A stretch of DNA of 64,000 nt from the sequence record DRR723986_4969. The stretch is one strand, 5' to 3'. Shown here one piece after another: positions 29,349-40,681 of the stretch; positions within the stretch are counted from its first letter, which is position 1; each line of letters opens with the position of its first letter. The position numbers and the translations under genes were made by a program. Under the pieces are notes generated by a model that saw only the letters and a program-made list of their open reading frames with translations, had not been told where the DNA came from and did no database searches.

Positions 29349-30410
29349 ATGAGCAGGTTCTGGAGCCCCATAGTCAGCAAGCTGGTGCCCTATACGCCGG
29401 GTGAGCAGCCAAAGGACCGCAGCTTCATCAAGCTGAACACGAACGAGCATCCCTATGGCCCGTCGCCCATCGCGCTCGGGGCAATCCGCGCAGCTACCGA
29501 AGACAGCCTGAGGCTCTATCCCGATCCGTCAGCCGGTGCGTTGCGGGCAACGATCGGGGCAAGCTTCGGTCTGGGTGTGGATCACGTTTTTGCAGGCAAC
29601 GGCTCGGACGAAATCCTGGCCCATGCCTTTCACGGCTTTTTCAGTGGCAAGGACAAGCTGCTGTTCCCCGATATCACCTACAGCTTCTACAAGACTTATT
29701 GCGAGCTTTACGGCATTTCCCACCGTTCTGTGCCACTCGATGATGATTTCCGGATTGATCCGGCCAGCCTGGGTGGGCCGTGTGGTGGCATCGTGCTTGC
29801 CAATCCGAACGCCCCGACCGGCATTGCGCTTGATCTTGCGGCGGTGCGAAGCGTTCTTGAGCAAAACCCGGATGTGGTGGTGCTGGTTGACGAAGCCTAT
29901 GTCGATTTCGGCGCGGAGAGCGCCGCTCGTCTGGTTCCCGAGTTTGACAATCTTCTGGTGGTACAGACCTTTTCCAAGTCGCGCGGCCTGGCGGGCCTGC
30001 GTGTCGGATTTGCTCTTGGTCAGCCGCACCTGATCGAGGGACTGCAGCGGATCAAGGACAGTTTTAATTCCTACCCTCTCGACCGCCTGGCACTCGCGGG
30101 AGCAGAAGCCTCCTGGCAGGACACCGCCTGGTTCGAGGAGACCCGGCGCCTTGTGATCACGGAACGGCATCGGATGGCGGAAGGCCTGCGCTCTCTCGGG
30201 TTCAACGTGCTGCCGTCGGCAGCCAATTTCCTGTTCGTCTCGCATGAAACAAGGGCAGCACGGGATCTTCTGACAGGCCTCAGGGATGAAGGCATTCTGG
30301 TGCGCCACTTCAACAAGGATCGCATCGACAACTGGCTGCGCATTTCCATTGGAACGGAAGAGGAGGGCGAGGCCTTGCTGAAGGTGATGGCAGGACTTGT
30401 CGCCGGCTAA
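29349..30410 (+). CDS. hisC: Histidinol-phosphate aminotransferase
   Basis: [50 protein letters not shown]. Confidence 0.93.
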   Translation: MSRFWSPIVSKLVPYTPGEQPKDRSFIKLNTNEHPYGPSPIALGAIRAATEDSLRLYPDPSAGALRATIGASFGLGVDHVFAGNGSDEILAHAFHGFFSGKDKLLFPDITYSFYKTYCELYGISHRSVPLDDDFRIDPASLGGPCGGIVLANPNAPTGIALDLAAVRSVLEQNPDVVVLVDEAYVDFGAESAARLVPEFDNLLVVQTFSKSRGLAGLRVGFALGQPHLIEGLQRIKDSFNSYPLDRLALAGAEASWQDTAWFEETRRLVITERHRMAEGLRSLGFNVLPSAANFLFVSHETRAARDLLTGLRDEGILVRHFNKDRIDNWLRISIGTEEEGEALLKVMAGLVAG

Positions 30411-30491
30411 CCTCTTCCATTCTCGCCGTTTCTTGCAAAACCACGAGGACGAACCCATGTCTCGAACATCGGTTCTAAAGGGAGACAATGC

Positions 30492-30809
30492 ATGCTGGTT
30501 ACCACCACCAACACCATTCAGGGCAAGGATCTGGACTACAAGGGTCTGGTGACGGGCGAGGCGATCCTTGGCGCGAATATCTTCAAGGATTTCTTTGCCG
30601 GCATCCGTGACATTGTCGGCGGCCGCTCCGGTGCGTACGAGGAAGAGCTTGGCAAGGCGCGCAAGATCGCCATCGACGAAATGTGCCAGCAGGCCCAGGC
30701 AATGGGTGCCAATGCGGTGATCGGCGTCGACCTCGATTACGAAACCGTAGGCCAGAACGGCTCCATGCTGATGGTCAGCGCCACAGGGACCGCGGTCTTC
30801 ATCCGCTGA
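30492..30809 (+). CDS. UPF0145/YbjQ family protein
   Basis: [24 protein letters not shown]...[13 protein letters not shown]...ATGTAV. Confidence 0.93.
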   Translation: MLVTTTNTIQGKDLDYKGLVTGEAILGANIFKDFFAGIRDIVGGRSGAYEEELGKARKIAIDEMCQQAQAMGANAVIGVDLDYETVGQNGSMLMVSATGTAVFIR

Positions 30810-30816
30810 TCCTGCC

Positions 30817-31407
30817 ATGTCATCCGACATTTTCATTTCTCCCGGCTTCCCGGAAGACCAGCGGCCGGTTGCCGCCCGCCTGTTCTGGCAAGCCTTTTCC
30901 GGCAAGCTCGGCAAGGTACTGGCCCCGGAAGAAAAAGCGCTTCGACTTGTCGAACACATCCTCAACCCGGATTTTGCCATCAGCGCTCTCGACCGGGAGG
31001 GACGGCTACTAGGCCTTGCCGGTTACAAGACCCGGGACGGGGCACTTGTCGGCGGCAGCCTCGCCGACATGACGGCGGTTTACGGCACGTTCGGCGGCCT
31101 CTGGCGCGGGCTTCTTCTGGAAGTTCTGGAACGCAGGATCGAGCCGGACTGCCTGCTGATGGACGGCATCTTTGTGGCCGAAAGCGCCCGCGGCCGCGGC
31201 ATCGGCGGCACCTTGCTGAAAGCCATTGGCGAAGAAGCACGCCAGCGCTCGCTCACCCGTGTTCGGCTGGATGTGATCGACACGAACCCAAGGGCAAAAG
31301 CTCTTTACGAGCGCTCGGGGTTCAAGGCCGTGGGGGAAGAAAAGACCGGGTTTCTCGAGCTTCTGTTCGGCTTTTCCTCCGCGACACGTATGGAAAAACA
31401 GGTTTAG
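30817..31407 (+). CDS. GNAT family N-acetyltransferase
   Basis: VAESARGRGIGGTLL, NPRAKALYERSGF. Confidence 0.88.
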   Translation: MSSDIFISPGFPEDQRPVAARLFWQAFSGKLGKVLAPEEKALRLVEHILNPDFAISALDREGRLLGLAGYKTRDGALVGGSLADMTAVYGTFGGLWRGLLLEVLERRIEPDCLLMDGIFVAESARGRGIGGTLLKAIGEEARQRSLTRVRLDVIDTNPRAKALYERSGFKAVGEEKTGFLELLFGFSSATRMEKQV

Positions 31408-31516
31408 GGAGTTCAGCCAGGTTCAGAGCCAGTAGTTTTTTGGTTGCCTCAACCCCGCCCTTTCCCCCTTTCCGCAATGATGCTCTAGTTGGCCCGTCCC
31501 CAACAGGAGCCTTTGA

Positions 31517-32476
31517 ATGTCCTCACACGGTTATGAAAGCGGGCGGTTGAACCTGCCCTTTGTCGGCATCTGCACCTTCGGCAAGTTTCCCTATCAGCCG
31601 GATTGGGACGCCATCGATGCGGATGTTGCCGTCATGGGGGCTCCGTTCGACTTCGGCACCCAGTGGCGTTCGGGGGCGCGTATGGGGCCGCGCGCGATCC
31701 GGGAGGCCTCGACGCTGTTTTCTTTCGGCCATGCGGGTGCTTATGATTTCGAGGACGACATCACCTACCTGCCGGCGGAAACGACCCGCATTGTCGATCT
31801 GGGAGATGCAGATATCGTGCACACGGACACGATTGAAAGCCACAGACGCATCGAATTCGGCGTACGCAAGATCCTTAAGGCCGGTGCCTTGCCGGTGGTG
31901 CTGGGCGGCGATCATTCGGTCAACATTCCCTGCATCAACGCCTTTGATGGCGAAGACCCGATCCACGTCGTTCAGATCGATGCGCATCTGGATTTCGTCG
32001 ACGAACGACACGGCGTGCGCTATGGCCACGGCAATCCCATGCGCCGCGCGGCGGAAAAACCCTATGTCACCGGGCTGACGCAGATCGGTATCCGCAACGT
32101 GTCCTCCACCTCGCGAGATGGCTACGAGGATGCCCGCAGGATGGGCTCCGACATCCTGTCCGTGCGTCACGCCCGCAAGCTCGGCACCGAGGCGCTTCTG
32201 GCCAGGATACCGGCCGGCAAGCGCTACTACCTGACGCTCGATATCGATGCCTTCGATCCGTCCATCGCACCGGGCACGGGCACGCCGAGCCACGGCGGAT
32301 TTCTTTATTATGAAGTGCTGGAGCTGCTCGACGGTCTGGCAAGACAGGGCGACATCGTCGGCATCGATCTGGTGGAAGTTGCGCCGGACTATGACCCGAC
32401 CGGTTCCACAAGCACCCTTGCGGCACAGGTTCTCATGAACACCATCGGCAGGGTTCTGCATCACCGCAAGACATGA
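31517..32476 (+). CDS. speB: Agmatinase / ureohydrolase family enzyme
   Basis: LGGDHS, DAHLD, HGNP, DIDAFDPSIAPGTGTP, EVAPDYD; substrate not certain. Confidence 0.8.
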   Translation: MSSHGYESGRLNLPFVGICTFGKFPYQPDWDAIDADVAVMGAPFDFGTQWRSGARMGPRAIREASTLFSFGHAGAYDFEDDITYLPAETTRIVDLGDADIVHTDTIESHRRIEFGVRKILKAGALPVVLGGDHSVNIPCINAFDGEDPIHVVQIDAHLDFVDERHGVRYGHGNPMRRAAEKPYVTGLTQIGIRNVSSTSRDGYEDARRMGSDILSVRHARKLGTEALLARIPAGKRYYLTLDIDAFDPSIAPGTGTPSHGGFLYYEVLELLDGLARQGDIVGIDLVEVAPDYDPTGSTSTLAAQVLMNTIGRVLHHRKT

Positions 32477-32520
32477 AAAACCCCGCCGGCCGGAGTGAAC
32501 CGGCCGACGGGGTGAAATTT
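32476..32520. terminator. Terminator between convergent speB and cysK
   Basis: AAAAA-CCCCGCCGGCCGG-agtgaa-CCGGCCGACGGGG; the A-run gives a U-tail on the minus strand. Confidence 0.75.
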
Positions 32521-32533
32521 CGCGATTGGGTGC

Positions 32534-33493
32534 TCAGAGGCCGTCGAACAGTGCGGTGGAAAGATACCGTTCTGCGAAGGACGGAATGATCACCACGATG
32601 TTCTTGCCTTCCATGCCTTCGCGCTGACCGACGCGGATGGCAGCGGTGAGCGCAGCGCCGGAAGAAATGCCTACCGGCAAGCCTTCGGTCTTTGCCACTT
32701 CCCGGGCCATGGCGAAGGCATCTTCGTTGGCGACGGTCTGGACTTCATCGTAGACGGAGGTGTCGAGCACGCCCGGCACGAAACCGGCACCGATGCCCTG
32801 GATCTTGTGCGGGCCGGGCTGGCCACCGGAAAGCACGGGGCTGTCGGCCGGTTCGACGGCAACGACGTGAAGGCCCGGCTTGCGTTCCTTCAGCACCTGG
32901 GAAACGCCGGTGATGGTGCCACCGGTGCCGATGCCGGAGACGAAGACGTCAACGCCGCCGTCGGTATCGTTCCAGATCTCTTCCGCGGTGGTGTTGCGGT
33001 GGATTTCAGGGTTGGCGGCGTTTTCGAACTGCTGCGGCATCACCGCGCCGTCGATTTCACTGATCAGTTCCTCGGCGCGGGCGATTGCGCCCTTCATGCC
33101 TTTTGGCCCTTCGGTCAATTCCAGCTCGGCGCCCAGGATCTTGAACATCTTGCGGCGTTCCACCGACATGGTCTCCGGCATTACCAGGATAAGCCGGTAG
33201 CCCTTGGCGGCAGCGACAAATGCCAACGCGATGCCTGTGTTGCCGGAGGTCGGCTCGACGAGTGTGGTCTTGCCCGGAACGATCTGGCCGGCCTGCTCCA
33301 TCGCCTCGATCATCGCAACGCCGATCCGGTCCTTGACGCTGGAAATCGGGTTGAAGAACTCAAGCTTCGCCAGGAGGTTGCCCTTGACACCGTGTGCCTT
33401 GGCCAGTCGGTCCAGCCGGACGATCGGTGTATCGCCGATGGTCTCGGTGATGGAGGAATAGATTTTTCCGCGACCACTGGTCTTGATCGTCAT
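32534..33493 (-). CDS. cysK: Cysteine synthase A
   Basis: [42 protein letters not shown]. Confidence 0.96.
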   Translation of the reverse strand: MTIKTSGRGKIYSSITETIGDTPIVRLDRLAKAHGVKGNLLAKLEFFNPISSVKDRIGVAMIEAMEQAGQIVPGKTTLVEPTSGNTGIALAFVAAAKGYRLILVMPETMSVERRKMFKILGAELELTEGPKGMKGAIARAEELISEIDGAVMPQQFENAANPEIHRNTTAEEIWNDTDGGVDVFVSGIGTGGTITGVSQVLKERKPGLHVVAVEPADSPVLSGGQPGPHKIQGIGAGFVPGVLDTSVYDEVQTVANEDAFAMAREVAKTEGLPVGISSGAALTAAIRVGQREGMEGKNIVVIIPSFAERYLSTALFDGL

Positions 33494-33637
33494 GGCAGGT
33501 CTCCCAAGTTGGCCGGATCTTCTTCCGCCGGCATCGTTCGACTATCGGAGCGATAAGATAGTACGGGTTTCGGCAAGTTATAAGGGGCCGAAAGCACCTT
33601 TGCGATCCTGCGGGTAAAACCTTTTTCCAGAAAAGCT

Positions 33638-34297
33638 TCAGGTCTTGGAAAAGAGCAGGTCCGGCAGATCCGCCATTGCCTCGAACAGGACGGCCCCGGC
33701 GCCCTGCATGGCCTCGCGGTCGCAGGCGGGATCCTCGACAAAGGCATAGACGCGCATGCCCGCTGCCCGGGCTGCCAGAACGCCGGGCAGGCTGTCCTCG
33801 ATTACCGTACAGTTTTCCGGGGCGTGGCCCATGGTACGTGCTGCCAGCAGGAAGACATCCGGCGCGGGCTTGCCGCGCTCGCAGTCCTGTGCGGAAAACA
33901 GCCGGCCTTCCAGCCGGGGCAGCAGACCGGAACTGCCGAGCGTTGTGCGCATCTTTTCATATTTGCCGGAAGACCCGACGCAATAGGCGACGTCGCGCCG
34001 GTCGAGTTCGTCCAGCACGCCGGCCACGCCTTCGATCGCCGGAACACCCGCCTTGAAGCTCTCCAGATCGCGCAGCCGCACCTGGTCCGGCCAGTCGGCA
34101 GGCAACACCTGACCTGTCAGCTCTTCGATCATGGACTGGACGTCTTCCAGTGTCCGTCCCATGAACCGGCGCTGACAATCCGGCCCGGTCATCGGAACGC
34201 CAAGCTCGCTGATGATCGCGGCCATGTTGGCGTTGGCCATGCGTTCCGTATCGACCAGAACGCCGTCGCAATCGAATATGATCAGCTCGGACATCAC
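33638..34297 (-). CDS. HAD-superfamily hydrolase (IA)
   Basis: [27 protein letters not shown]. Confidence 0.92.
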   Translation of the reverse strand: MMSELIIFDCDGVLVDTERMANANMAAIISELGVPMTGPDCQRRFMGRTLEDVQSMIEELTGQVLPADWPDQVRLRDLESFKAGVPAIEGVAGVLDELDRRDVAYCVGSSGKYEKMRTTLGSSGLLPRLEGRLFSAQDCERGKPAPDVFLLAARTMGHAPENCTVIEDSLPGVLAARAAGMRVYAFVEDPACDREAMQGAGAVLFEAMADLPDLLFSKT

Positions 34298-34743
34298 GCG
34301 CGGCCAGTCGAACCGAAACCGCCGGACCCGCGCTCGGTCTCCGAGAGAACCTCGACTTCGACAATGTCCGCCTGCAGAACAGGTGCAATCACCATCTGGG
34401 CGATCCGGTCTCCCCGTGAAATCTCGAAGGGGGCGTCACCGAGATTGATCAGGATCACCTTCACCTCGCCGCGGTAGTCGGCATCAATGGTGCCCGGCGT
34501 GTTCAAGACGGTGACGCCATGTTTGGCGGCAAGGCCTGACCGGGGGCGAACCTGAGCCTCGAAACCCGCGGGCAGAGCCATGGCAAGACCAGTTGGCACC
34601 AGGGCACGGGCACCAGGTGCAAGGGTTATCTTGCCGTCAACGGCTGCCAGAAGGTCAAGTCCGGCGGCCAGCACCGACTGATAGGCGGGCAGTGGCAGAT
34701 CGCGACCGTGTTCCAGTCGCTTCAGTTCCAGGGTAACAGGCAT
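34294..34743 (-). CDS. dut: dUTP diphosphatase
   Basis: [40 protein letters not shown]. Confidence 0.97.
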   Translation of the reverse strand: MPVTLELKRLEHGRDLPLPAYQSVLAAGLDLLAAVDGKITLAPGARALVPTGLAMALPAGFEAQVRPRSGLAAKHGVTVLNTPGTIDADYRGEVKVILINLGDAPFEISRGDRIAQMVIAPVLQADIVEVEVLSETERGSGGFGSTGRA

Positions 34744-34918
34744 TGAAAGTGTCCGGCAGTGAGCGTTGCTGGCGAGTGACGATATTCGCCGGTCCGTGTC
34801 AAGGCTGGCGGACATTCACGAAACTTCGCATGAAAATCAGATATCTACTTGAAGTCGTAATCTTCACCTGAAACACTCTGACGCATCGTAACGTGCCAGC
34901 GATTGGGAGATTGGCAAC

Positions 34919-35338
34919 ATGAGACGATTGATTTTTGCATTTACCACCGGGTTGATGCTGGTCGCTGCACCGGCTGCCTTCGCCCAGACCGTCGGCTATG
35001 CCGACGCCATCAAGATCCTGGCCGCCAGCTGTGGCAAGGACATCGAATCCTATTGCAAGTCCGCGACACTGGCCAACAACGGCATCACTCAGTGTCTTGA
35101 ACAGAATCAGTCCAAGGTTTCGGAAAAGTGCAACGCCGACCGTCTGGTCGTGACTTCGCTCATTCAGGCACGGCTGGCGGCCCAGGCGGAAGCGCCCAAA
35201 CTGTGCCAGCGCGATGCCGCGCAATATTGCAAGGGCGTCAAGGCCGGTGCGGGCCATCTTCTGCGCTGCCTGCTGAAGGCCCAGCCTTCCGTCAGCGAAA
35301 AATGCAACACGGCCATTGACCTGGCCGGCTACCGCTAA
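34919..35338 (+). CDS. Secreted cysteine-rich repeat protein
   Basis: Signal peptide; two repeats of C..D...YC...CL......S.KC (8 Cys). Confidence 0.8.
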   Translation: MRRLIFAFTTGLMLVAAPAAFAQTVGYADAIKILAASCGKDIESYCKSATLANNGITQCLEQNQSKVSEKCNADRLVVTSLIQARLAAQAEAPKLCQRDAAQYCKGVKAGAGHLLRCLLKAQPSVSEKCNTAIDLAGYR

Positions 35339-35359
35339 CTCGGCACCGGGAGATTTTTC

Positions 35360-35941
35360 ATGAACAAGATACTTCTGGCCGGTTTGTCGGCCGCCTTTCT
35401 CGCCGTGTCCGCTTCGGGCCTTGCCGCCCAGACCAAGCTGAGCCGCAACGAGATCATCAACTCCCTGCAGGGGGCCCAGCAGAAGGTCGATCTTACGGCC
35501 GATGAACTGCAGAAAGCAGCGCTGGAAAATATCCAGAAATATCCGGGTGCAAACGCTCCCAACACCTTGCCGCTTGCCGACAAGCTGGCCTCTCTGCGCC
35601 AGTTCAACGTGGAAATCACGTTCGATTTCGACAGCGCCCGCATTCGCCCGGAATCCTATGAAACCGTTGGCCTGATCGCGGATGCCCTGCACACGCCTTA
35701 TCTGCAGGGGCAGACTTTCTTCATCGTCGGTCACACGGATGCAAAGGGTGCACGCGAATATAACCTGGAACTTTCGCTGAAACGGGCGCAGGCGGTGCGT
35801 GAAGCACTGGTGACCACATTCCGCGTACCGGGCGACTATCTGTTCGCTGTGGGCCTGGGTGAGGAACAGCTGCGCGATCCGTCCAAGCCGGATGCCGCCA
35901 TCAACCGGCGCGTTCAGCTGATCAACCTGGGTTACAGGTAA
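35360..35941 (+). CDS. OmpA-like peptidoglycan-binding domain protein
   Basis: Signal peptide; ITFDFDSA, VGHTDAKG...YNLELSLKRAQAV, NRRVQL. Confidence 0.9.
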   Translation: MNKILLAGLSAAFLAVSASGLAAQTKLSRNEIINSLQGAQQKVDLTADELQKAALENIQKYPGANAPNTLPLADKLASLRQFNVEITFDFDSARIRPESYETVGLIADALHTPYLQGQTFFIVGHTDAKGAREYNLELSLKRAQAVREALVTTFRVPGDYLFAVGLGEEQLRDPSKPDAAINRRVQLINLGYR

Positions 35942-36167
35942 GGGCCGCTCAGGCGGGTTTGGGCCAGGCGTTCTGAAGCCCGCCTGATACCGGCAAGCAA
36001 GGACACATACCGCTCCCGTAAGCGGAAGCGATATGACTGAACAGTGGAAATCGAAGGCCGGGATTGTTCACATGTGTCGAACGAGCCTTCTTCCCTTTCT
36101 GGTCTAATCCTTCCGGCCGAATAGCTTATCTTCTCGGGTAGAAACAATTCTCCCGAGGAGTGGTCCC

Positions 36168-36956
36168 ATGTCGGCTACACCAAACCGTATTTCGCCCGTC
36201 TTTTTTGCGCACGGTGCGCCAACCCTGGCACTTGAAGACACCGCTGCCAGCCGGTTCCTGAAGAGTTTTGCCGCAAGCCAGCCACGCCCCAAGGCAATCC
36301 TGATCCTGTCCGCGCATTGGGAAACAGACGGTTTGAAGCTGTCGGCGCCGGGACCGCTGCGGACCTATCATGACTTCCGCGGTTTCCCGCGCCCGCTCTA
36401 CGAGATCTCCTATCCCGCAAAGGCCGATGTGGATCACGTCGACGAAGCGGCACGCCTTTTGGAAGCTGCCGGCCACGATGTGGAACTCGACAGTCACTGG
36501 GGGCTTGATCACGGCGCCTGGGTGCCGCTGTCGCTTGCCTATCCGGATGCCGACATTCCGGTCGTGGCGATGTCTCTACCGCACGGCAGCACGCCCGCAT
36601 CCGTCTATGCCCTTGGCCAGGCGCTGGCACCGCTCAAGGACAAGGGCGTGTTGCTGGCAGGGTCCGGCAGCACCACCCACAACCTGCGTGAATTCGGGCC
36701 GCAAGGCTCGCCAACGCCTGTGTGGGCGTCTGATTTCGACCGCTGGCTGGACGATGGCCTCAAGTCCGGATCGATCGGATATTTCGACGATATCCAGAGC
36801 GCTCCGAACTTTCGCCGCAACCACCCGACGGACGAGCACCTTCTGCCGCTGTTCTTCGCCTTTGGCGCAGGCGGAACGGATGCAAAGGCCCAGCTTCTCC
36901 ATAGAAGCTACGAGTACGGCTCCATCAGCATGAGCTACTTCCGCTTCGCAGCCTGA
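36168..36956 (+). CDS. DODA-type (LigB/YgiD family) extradiol dioxygenase
   Basis: FFAHGAP, SAHW, YHDFRGFP, GLDHGAWVPL, GSGSTTHNL, HPTDEHLLPL. Confidence 0.92.
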   Translation: MSATPNRISPVFFAHGAPTLALEDTAASRFLKSFAASQPRPKAILILSAHWETDGLKLSAPGPLRTYHDFRGFPRPLYEISYPAKADVDHVDEAARLLEAAGHDVELDSHWGLDHGAWVPLSLAYPDADIPVVAMSLPHGSTPASVYALGQALAPLKDKGVLLAGSGSTTHNLREFGPQGSPTPVWASDFDRWLDDGLKSGSIGYFDDIQSAPNFRRNHPTDEHLLPLFFAFGAGGTDAKAQLLHRSYEYGSISMSYFRFAA

Positions 36957-37090
36957 CCAGCCCCATCGACCGCCCCTGCTCCGGCAGGGGCGCAGGCCTG
37001 CAGAACGGTTTCGGTGAAACAAGGCAGAAAGCTGCCGGTCAGAAGCTCGAACCCTTCATCGCGTACGTTTGTGAAACAGTTTGGCTCGGC

Positions 37091-38317
37091 TCAGTCCGAG
37101 CCGAGCGCCTCGGCTGCGCGGGCGATGATCCTGCGGGCTACCTCACCCTTGTCCATTTCCGGCCAGTCTTCGACGCCGTCACGGCTGACGACCCGAATGG
37201 TGTTGGCGTCGCCGCCCATGATGCCTGTCTGCGGACTGACGTCGTTCGCGATAATCCAGTCGGCCTTCTTGCGTTCCAGCTTGCCACGGGCATTGTCGAT
37301 CAGGTTTTGCGTCTCGGCGGCAAAGCCGATCAGCAACTTTGGCCTCAGGTCCGGATGATGACCGACAGTCGCCAGAATGTCCGGGTTTTCCGTCAGCTCC
37401 AGCGCGGGCGGTTTGCCGGTCCCATCCTTCTTGATCTTCTGGGCACCCTCGCTCGCGACACGCCAGTCGGCGACGGCGGCGGCCATGATGGCGATATCTG
37501 CCGGCAGATTGCCTTCCACCGCCTTCAACATCGCGGAAGCGGACTCCACGTGGATGACATGGATATTGGCCGGGTCCGGCAGTGTTACCGGGCCGGATAC
37601 CAGCGTTACCCGAGCGCCCGCTTCGTAGGCGGCGCGGGCCAGCGCATGGCCCTGCTTGCCGGAAGACCGGTTGGCAATGTAGCGGACGGGGTCGATCGGC
37701 TCATGGGTCGGGCCTGAGGTGATCAGAACATGTTTTCCGGCAAGCGGCAGGCTGCCGGCCCGGATCGCCTCTTCCCGCAGCAACGCCTCGGCAGCTGCCA
37801 CGATCTCCAGCGGCTCGCTCATCCGGCCGGTGCCGGCTTCGCCCCTTTCCGCCATTTCGCCGGATGCTGGGCCGCAAAAGGCAATGCCACGCGCCTTGAG
37901 TATCGTCCGGTTACGCTTGGTCGCCTCATGCTGCCACATCTTCGGGTTCATGGCAGGGGCAACCAGAACAGGCTTGTCGGTTGCCAGCAGCACCGCTGTC
38001 GCCAGATCGTCGGCAATCCCGTGGGCCATCTTGGCCATCAGATCGGCGGTGGCGGGCGCTATCAGGATCAGGTCGTGGTCGCGGGCCAGGCGGATGTGGC
38101 CGACGTCGTGCTCGGCCTGCCGGTCGAACAGGTCGGTGAAGACGGTTTCCGCGGCCAGAGCCCCGGCAGCCAGAGGCGTGATGAATTCTTGCGCGCCTTT
38201 CGTCATCACCGGGATCACCCGGGCGCCGCGTTCCTTCAGCCTGCGGATCAGGTCAAGGGACTTGTAGGCAGCGATACCGCCGCTGATGATCAGGACGATC
38301 TGTTTGCCGCTCAGCAT
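37091..38317 (-). CDS. coaBC: Phosphopantothenoylcysteine decarboxylase/ligase CoaBC
   Basis: SGGIAAYK, APAMNPKMW, GPTHEPIDPVRYIANRSSGKQG, GFAAET. Confidence 0.97.
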   Translation of the reverse strand: MLSGKQIVLIISGGIAAYKSLDLIRRLKERGARVIPVMTKGAQEFITPLAAGALAAETVFTDLFDRQAEHDVGHIRLARDHDLILIAPATADLMAKMAHGIADDLATAVLLATDKPVLVAPAMNPKMWQHEATKRNRTILKARGIAFCGPASGEMAERGEAGTGRMSEPLEIVAAAEALLREEAIRAGSLPLAGKHVLITSGPTHEPIDPVRYIANRSSGKQGHALARAAYEAGARVTLVSGPVTLPDPANIHVIHVESASAMLKAVEGNLPADIAIMAAAVADWRVASEGAQKIKKDGTGKPPALELTENPDILATVGHHPDLRPKLLIGFAAETQNLIDNARGKLERKKADWIIANDVSPQTGIMGGDANTIRVVSRDGVEDWPEMDKGEVARRIIARAAEALGSD

Positions 38318-38353
38318 CTTAACTCAGCACTCCTAGGGTGTCGGCGGATAAGA

Positions 38354-39577
38354 TCAGAATCCGGTGCGGAAATCCCGTGGTGCCGGAGAAATCACCTGTG
38401 TGCCCTGCCCGGTGATCTGATAGACGGCAAGGCCCCGCTGGTTGAGGCCATTGGATTGGAAGCGGAACAATCCGTCAATGCCGATGAAGCCATCGCGGTT
38501 GGTGATGATGTTCTGCTGGAAGCGCTGCTGTCCGGCGGAGCGGATCAAGCCTGCGGCCAGCGTGACACCGTCATAGACCAGGCTGGCATTGCGCGGCGGC
38601 GCGGAGCCATAGATGCTCTGGTAGCGTTGGGCAAAGGCCAGGAAACCCTTGTCCTCCGGCCCGGCGAACCAGGCACCGGCAAGCACCGGGTTGTTCTTGA
38701 CCTGGGGAGAGTCCCACTGTCCGGTCCCGAGCAATTTCACATTGCCCAGATTGGCGCCCTGGCTGACCAGGGTCTGCACGACTACTGCCGGCACACCGCC
38801 CCCGGCCGGTACGAACAGGGCGTCTGCATTGTTCAGAACCGATTTCAGCGCCGTGGTCTTGGCGACGAGATCGGATGTGTCCGATCCGTTCATGGAATAG
38901 CGCTGGATCGATGCGATCCTGCCTGCTCCGCGGCCGACTTCCTGGCGGAACGCCGCCTCGACGATGGCACCATAGGAGCCTTCGGGGATCAGGGCGGTAT
39001 AGGAATGTCTCTTCTGGCTGTTGGCATAGCCGACGACCCGTTTCACGTCGCTTTCCGGCAGGAAGCTGAGCAGATAGACGCCCCGGGATGCGACGGAGGT
39101 GTCGGTAGAGAAGGCAATGACCGGAACGCCGGTTGCCCGCGCAGCCTGGGCAGCGCCGGATACCGCAGGTGAGAACACCGGGCCAAGGATCAGTTCCGCG
39201 CCTTCCGAAATGGCAGCCTGCGCTGCCGCGCGTCCGCCTTCGGACGTGCCGCCGGTATCTTTCACCAGCAACTGCACATCCGCGCTAGGGAAGTTCTGCA
39301 GCGCCAGTGAGGCGGCGTTCTTGAAAACCGTACCGATGGAGGCATTGCCGTCGGAGCTTGCCAATGGCAACAGCAATCCGATGCGCACCCCGCCCGTGCC
39401 GATGATTTCACCAGTCGGTTGCGGCTGGGCACTTGGCTGGATCTGGTCACCCGGCAGAGAGCCGAGCGTGGACCCCATGCAGCCACCCAGCAACATCGTG
39501 CTGGCTCCAGCCAGCGCCGTTTTCAAGAAAACACGTCTGTGCTGTTGCACGATGTCGCCCCGTCTTGCACTTGCCAT
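38354..39577 (-). CDS. Penicillin-binding protein activator (LpoA/LppC-like) lipoprotein
   Basis: Lipobox LLGGC, IGLLLPL, ELILGP, GIDGLFRF...RGLAVY; divergent from rsmI. Confidence 0.85.
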   Translation of the reverse strand: MASARRGDIVQQHRRVFLKTALAGASTMLLGGCMGSTLGSLPGDQIQPSAQPQPTGEIIGTGGVRIGLLLPLASSDGNASIGTVFKNAASLALQNFPSADVQLLVKDTGGTSEGGRAAAQAAISEGAELILGPVFSPAVSGAAQAARATGVPVIAFSTDTSVASRGVYLLSFLPESDVKRVVGYANSQKRHSYTALIPEGSYGAIVEAAFRQEVGRGAGRIASIQRYSMNGSDTSDLVAKTTALKSVLNNADALFVPAGGGVPAVVVQTLVSQGANLGNVKLLGTGQWDSPQVKNNPVLAGAWFAGPEDKGFLAFAQRYQSIYGSAPPRNASLVYDGVTLAAGLIRSAGQQRFQQNIITNRDGFIGIDGLFRFQSNGLNQRGLAVYQITGQGTQVISPAPRDFRTGF

Positions 39578-39766
39578 ATTTGTTGGTTCACCCTTTGGGA
39601 AAGACTTACGTATTCGCTACAGGCCTGTAAAGATTTAGTGGCCTTTCAATGGCATATCGGCCCGATCAACGGTGGATTTGCCTTGCATCGGTTGTATTGA
39701 AAGGCTAGCGCAAGGGCGCAAACGGGGCCGATGCTGCAATTCGCGGCGGACAAGAGGAAAGGCGAC

Positions 39767-40681
39767 ATGGTCAAGGAAACAGCCGGGCCGGCTGCGGACA
39801 AGAACCGCTACAGCCTCTCCGAACATGTCTTCACTGCACCCAATCTGGAACCTGCGCTCTACATCGTGTCCACGCCGATCGGCAACCTCGGCGATATCAC
39901 CGTCAGGGCCCTGGAAACGCTTGCTGCAGCAAGCGTAATCGCTTGCGAGGATACGCGGGTCACGGCAACGCTCACCCAGCGGTTTTCGCTGAAGACGCCG
40001 CTTCTCCCCTATCACGAACACAATGCCGACAAGCAGCGGCCGAAGATCCTGGAAGCTCTGGCGGAAGGCCGCGCCGTGGCGCTGGTGTCCGATGCTGGCA
40101 CGCCCCTGGTCTCGGATCCGGGCTACCGGCTGGTGCGTGATGTGGTCGCAGAAGGGCATAAAGTCATCCCGATCCCCGGTGCGTCGGCCCCGCTGGCTGG
40201 CCTTGTCGCCGCGGGTCTGCCGAGCGACACGGTGCTTTTCGCCGGCTTCCTGCCCCAAAAGGGAGGCCCGAAGACCCGACGGCTAGAAGAGCTGGCCAAG
40301 GTGCCTTCGACGCTGATTTTCTTTGAATCGCCCCATCGCACCGCCGCGACCCTGGCGCTGATGGCGGAACTGCTCGGCCCCGGCCGCGAAGCCGTCGTCG
40401 CGCGCGAGCTGACCAAGCGGTTCGAAACCTTCGAGCGTGGCACTCTGGAAGACCTGAGCACCCGGTTCGAGGGCCGGCAGGTCAAGGGTGAAATCGTCAT
40501 TCTCGTCGGTCCGCCGGAAGACAAGCCGGAAGCCGAGGTGGACGATCTGGATGCCTTGCTGAGTGAGGCACTCACCGAAATGCCGGTCAGTGCCGCGGCC
40601 AAGAAAATCTCGAAAGCGACGGGGCTTGACCGCAACGAGGTCTATAAGCGCGCGCTGGAACTGAAGGCGGACGACGCCTGA
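39767..40681 (+). CDS. rsmI: 16S rRNA C1402 2'-O-methyltransferase
   Basis: LYIVSTPIGNLGDIT, CEDTR, VSDAGTPLVSDPG, ESPHR, RELTKRFE. Confidence 0.96.
   Translation: MVKETAGPAADKNRYSLSEHVFTAPNLEPALYIVSTPIGNLGDITVRALETLAAASVIACEDTRVTATLTQRFSLKTPLLPYHEHNADKQRPKILEALAEGRAVALVSDAGTPLVSDPGYRLVRDVVAEGHKVIPIPGASAPLAGLVAAGLPSDTVLFAGFLPQKGGPKTRRLEELAKVPSTLIFFESPHRTAATLALMAELLGPGREAVVARELTKRFETFERGTLEDLSTRFEGRQVKGEIVILVGPPEDKPEAEVDDLDALLSEALTEMPVSAAAKKISKATGLDRNEVYKRALELKADDA

Noticed and set aside
31411-31426. GTTCAG-N4-GTTCAG upstream of speB as a LexA box
   Set aside because: The GTTC spacing is 6, not 7. No guanidine riboswitch signature was recognised here either.
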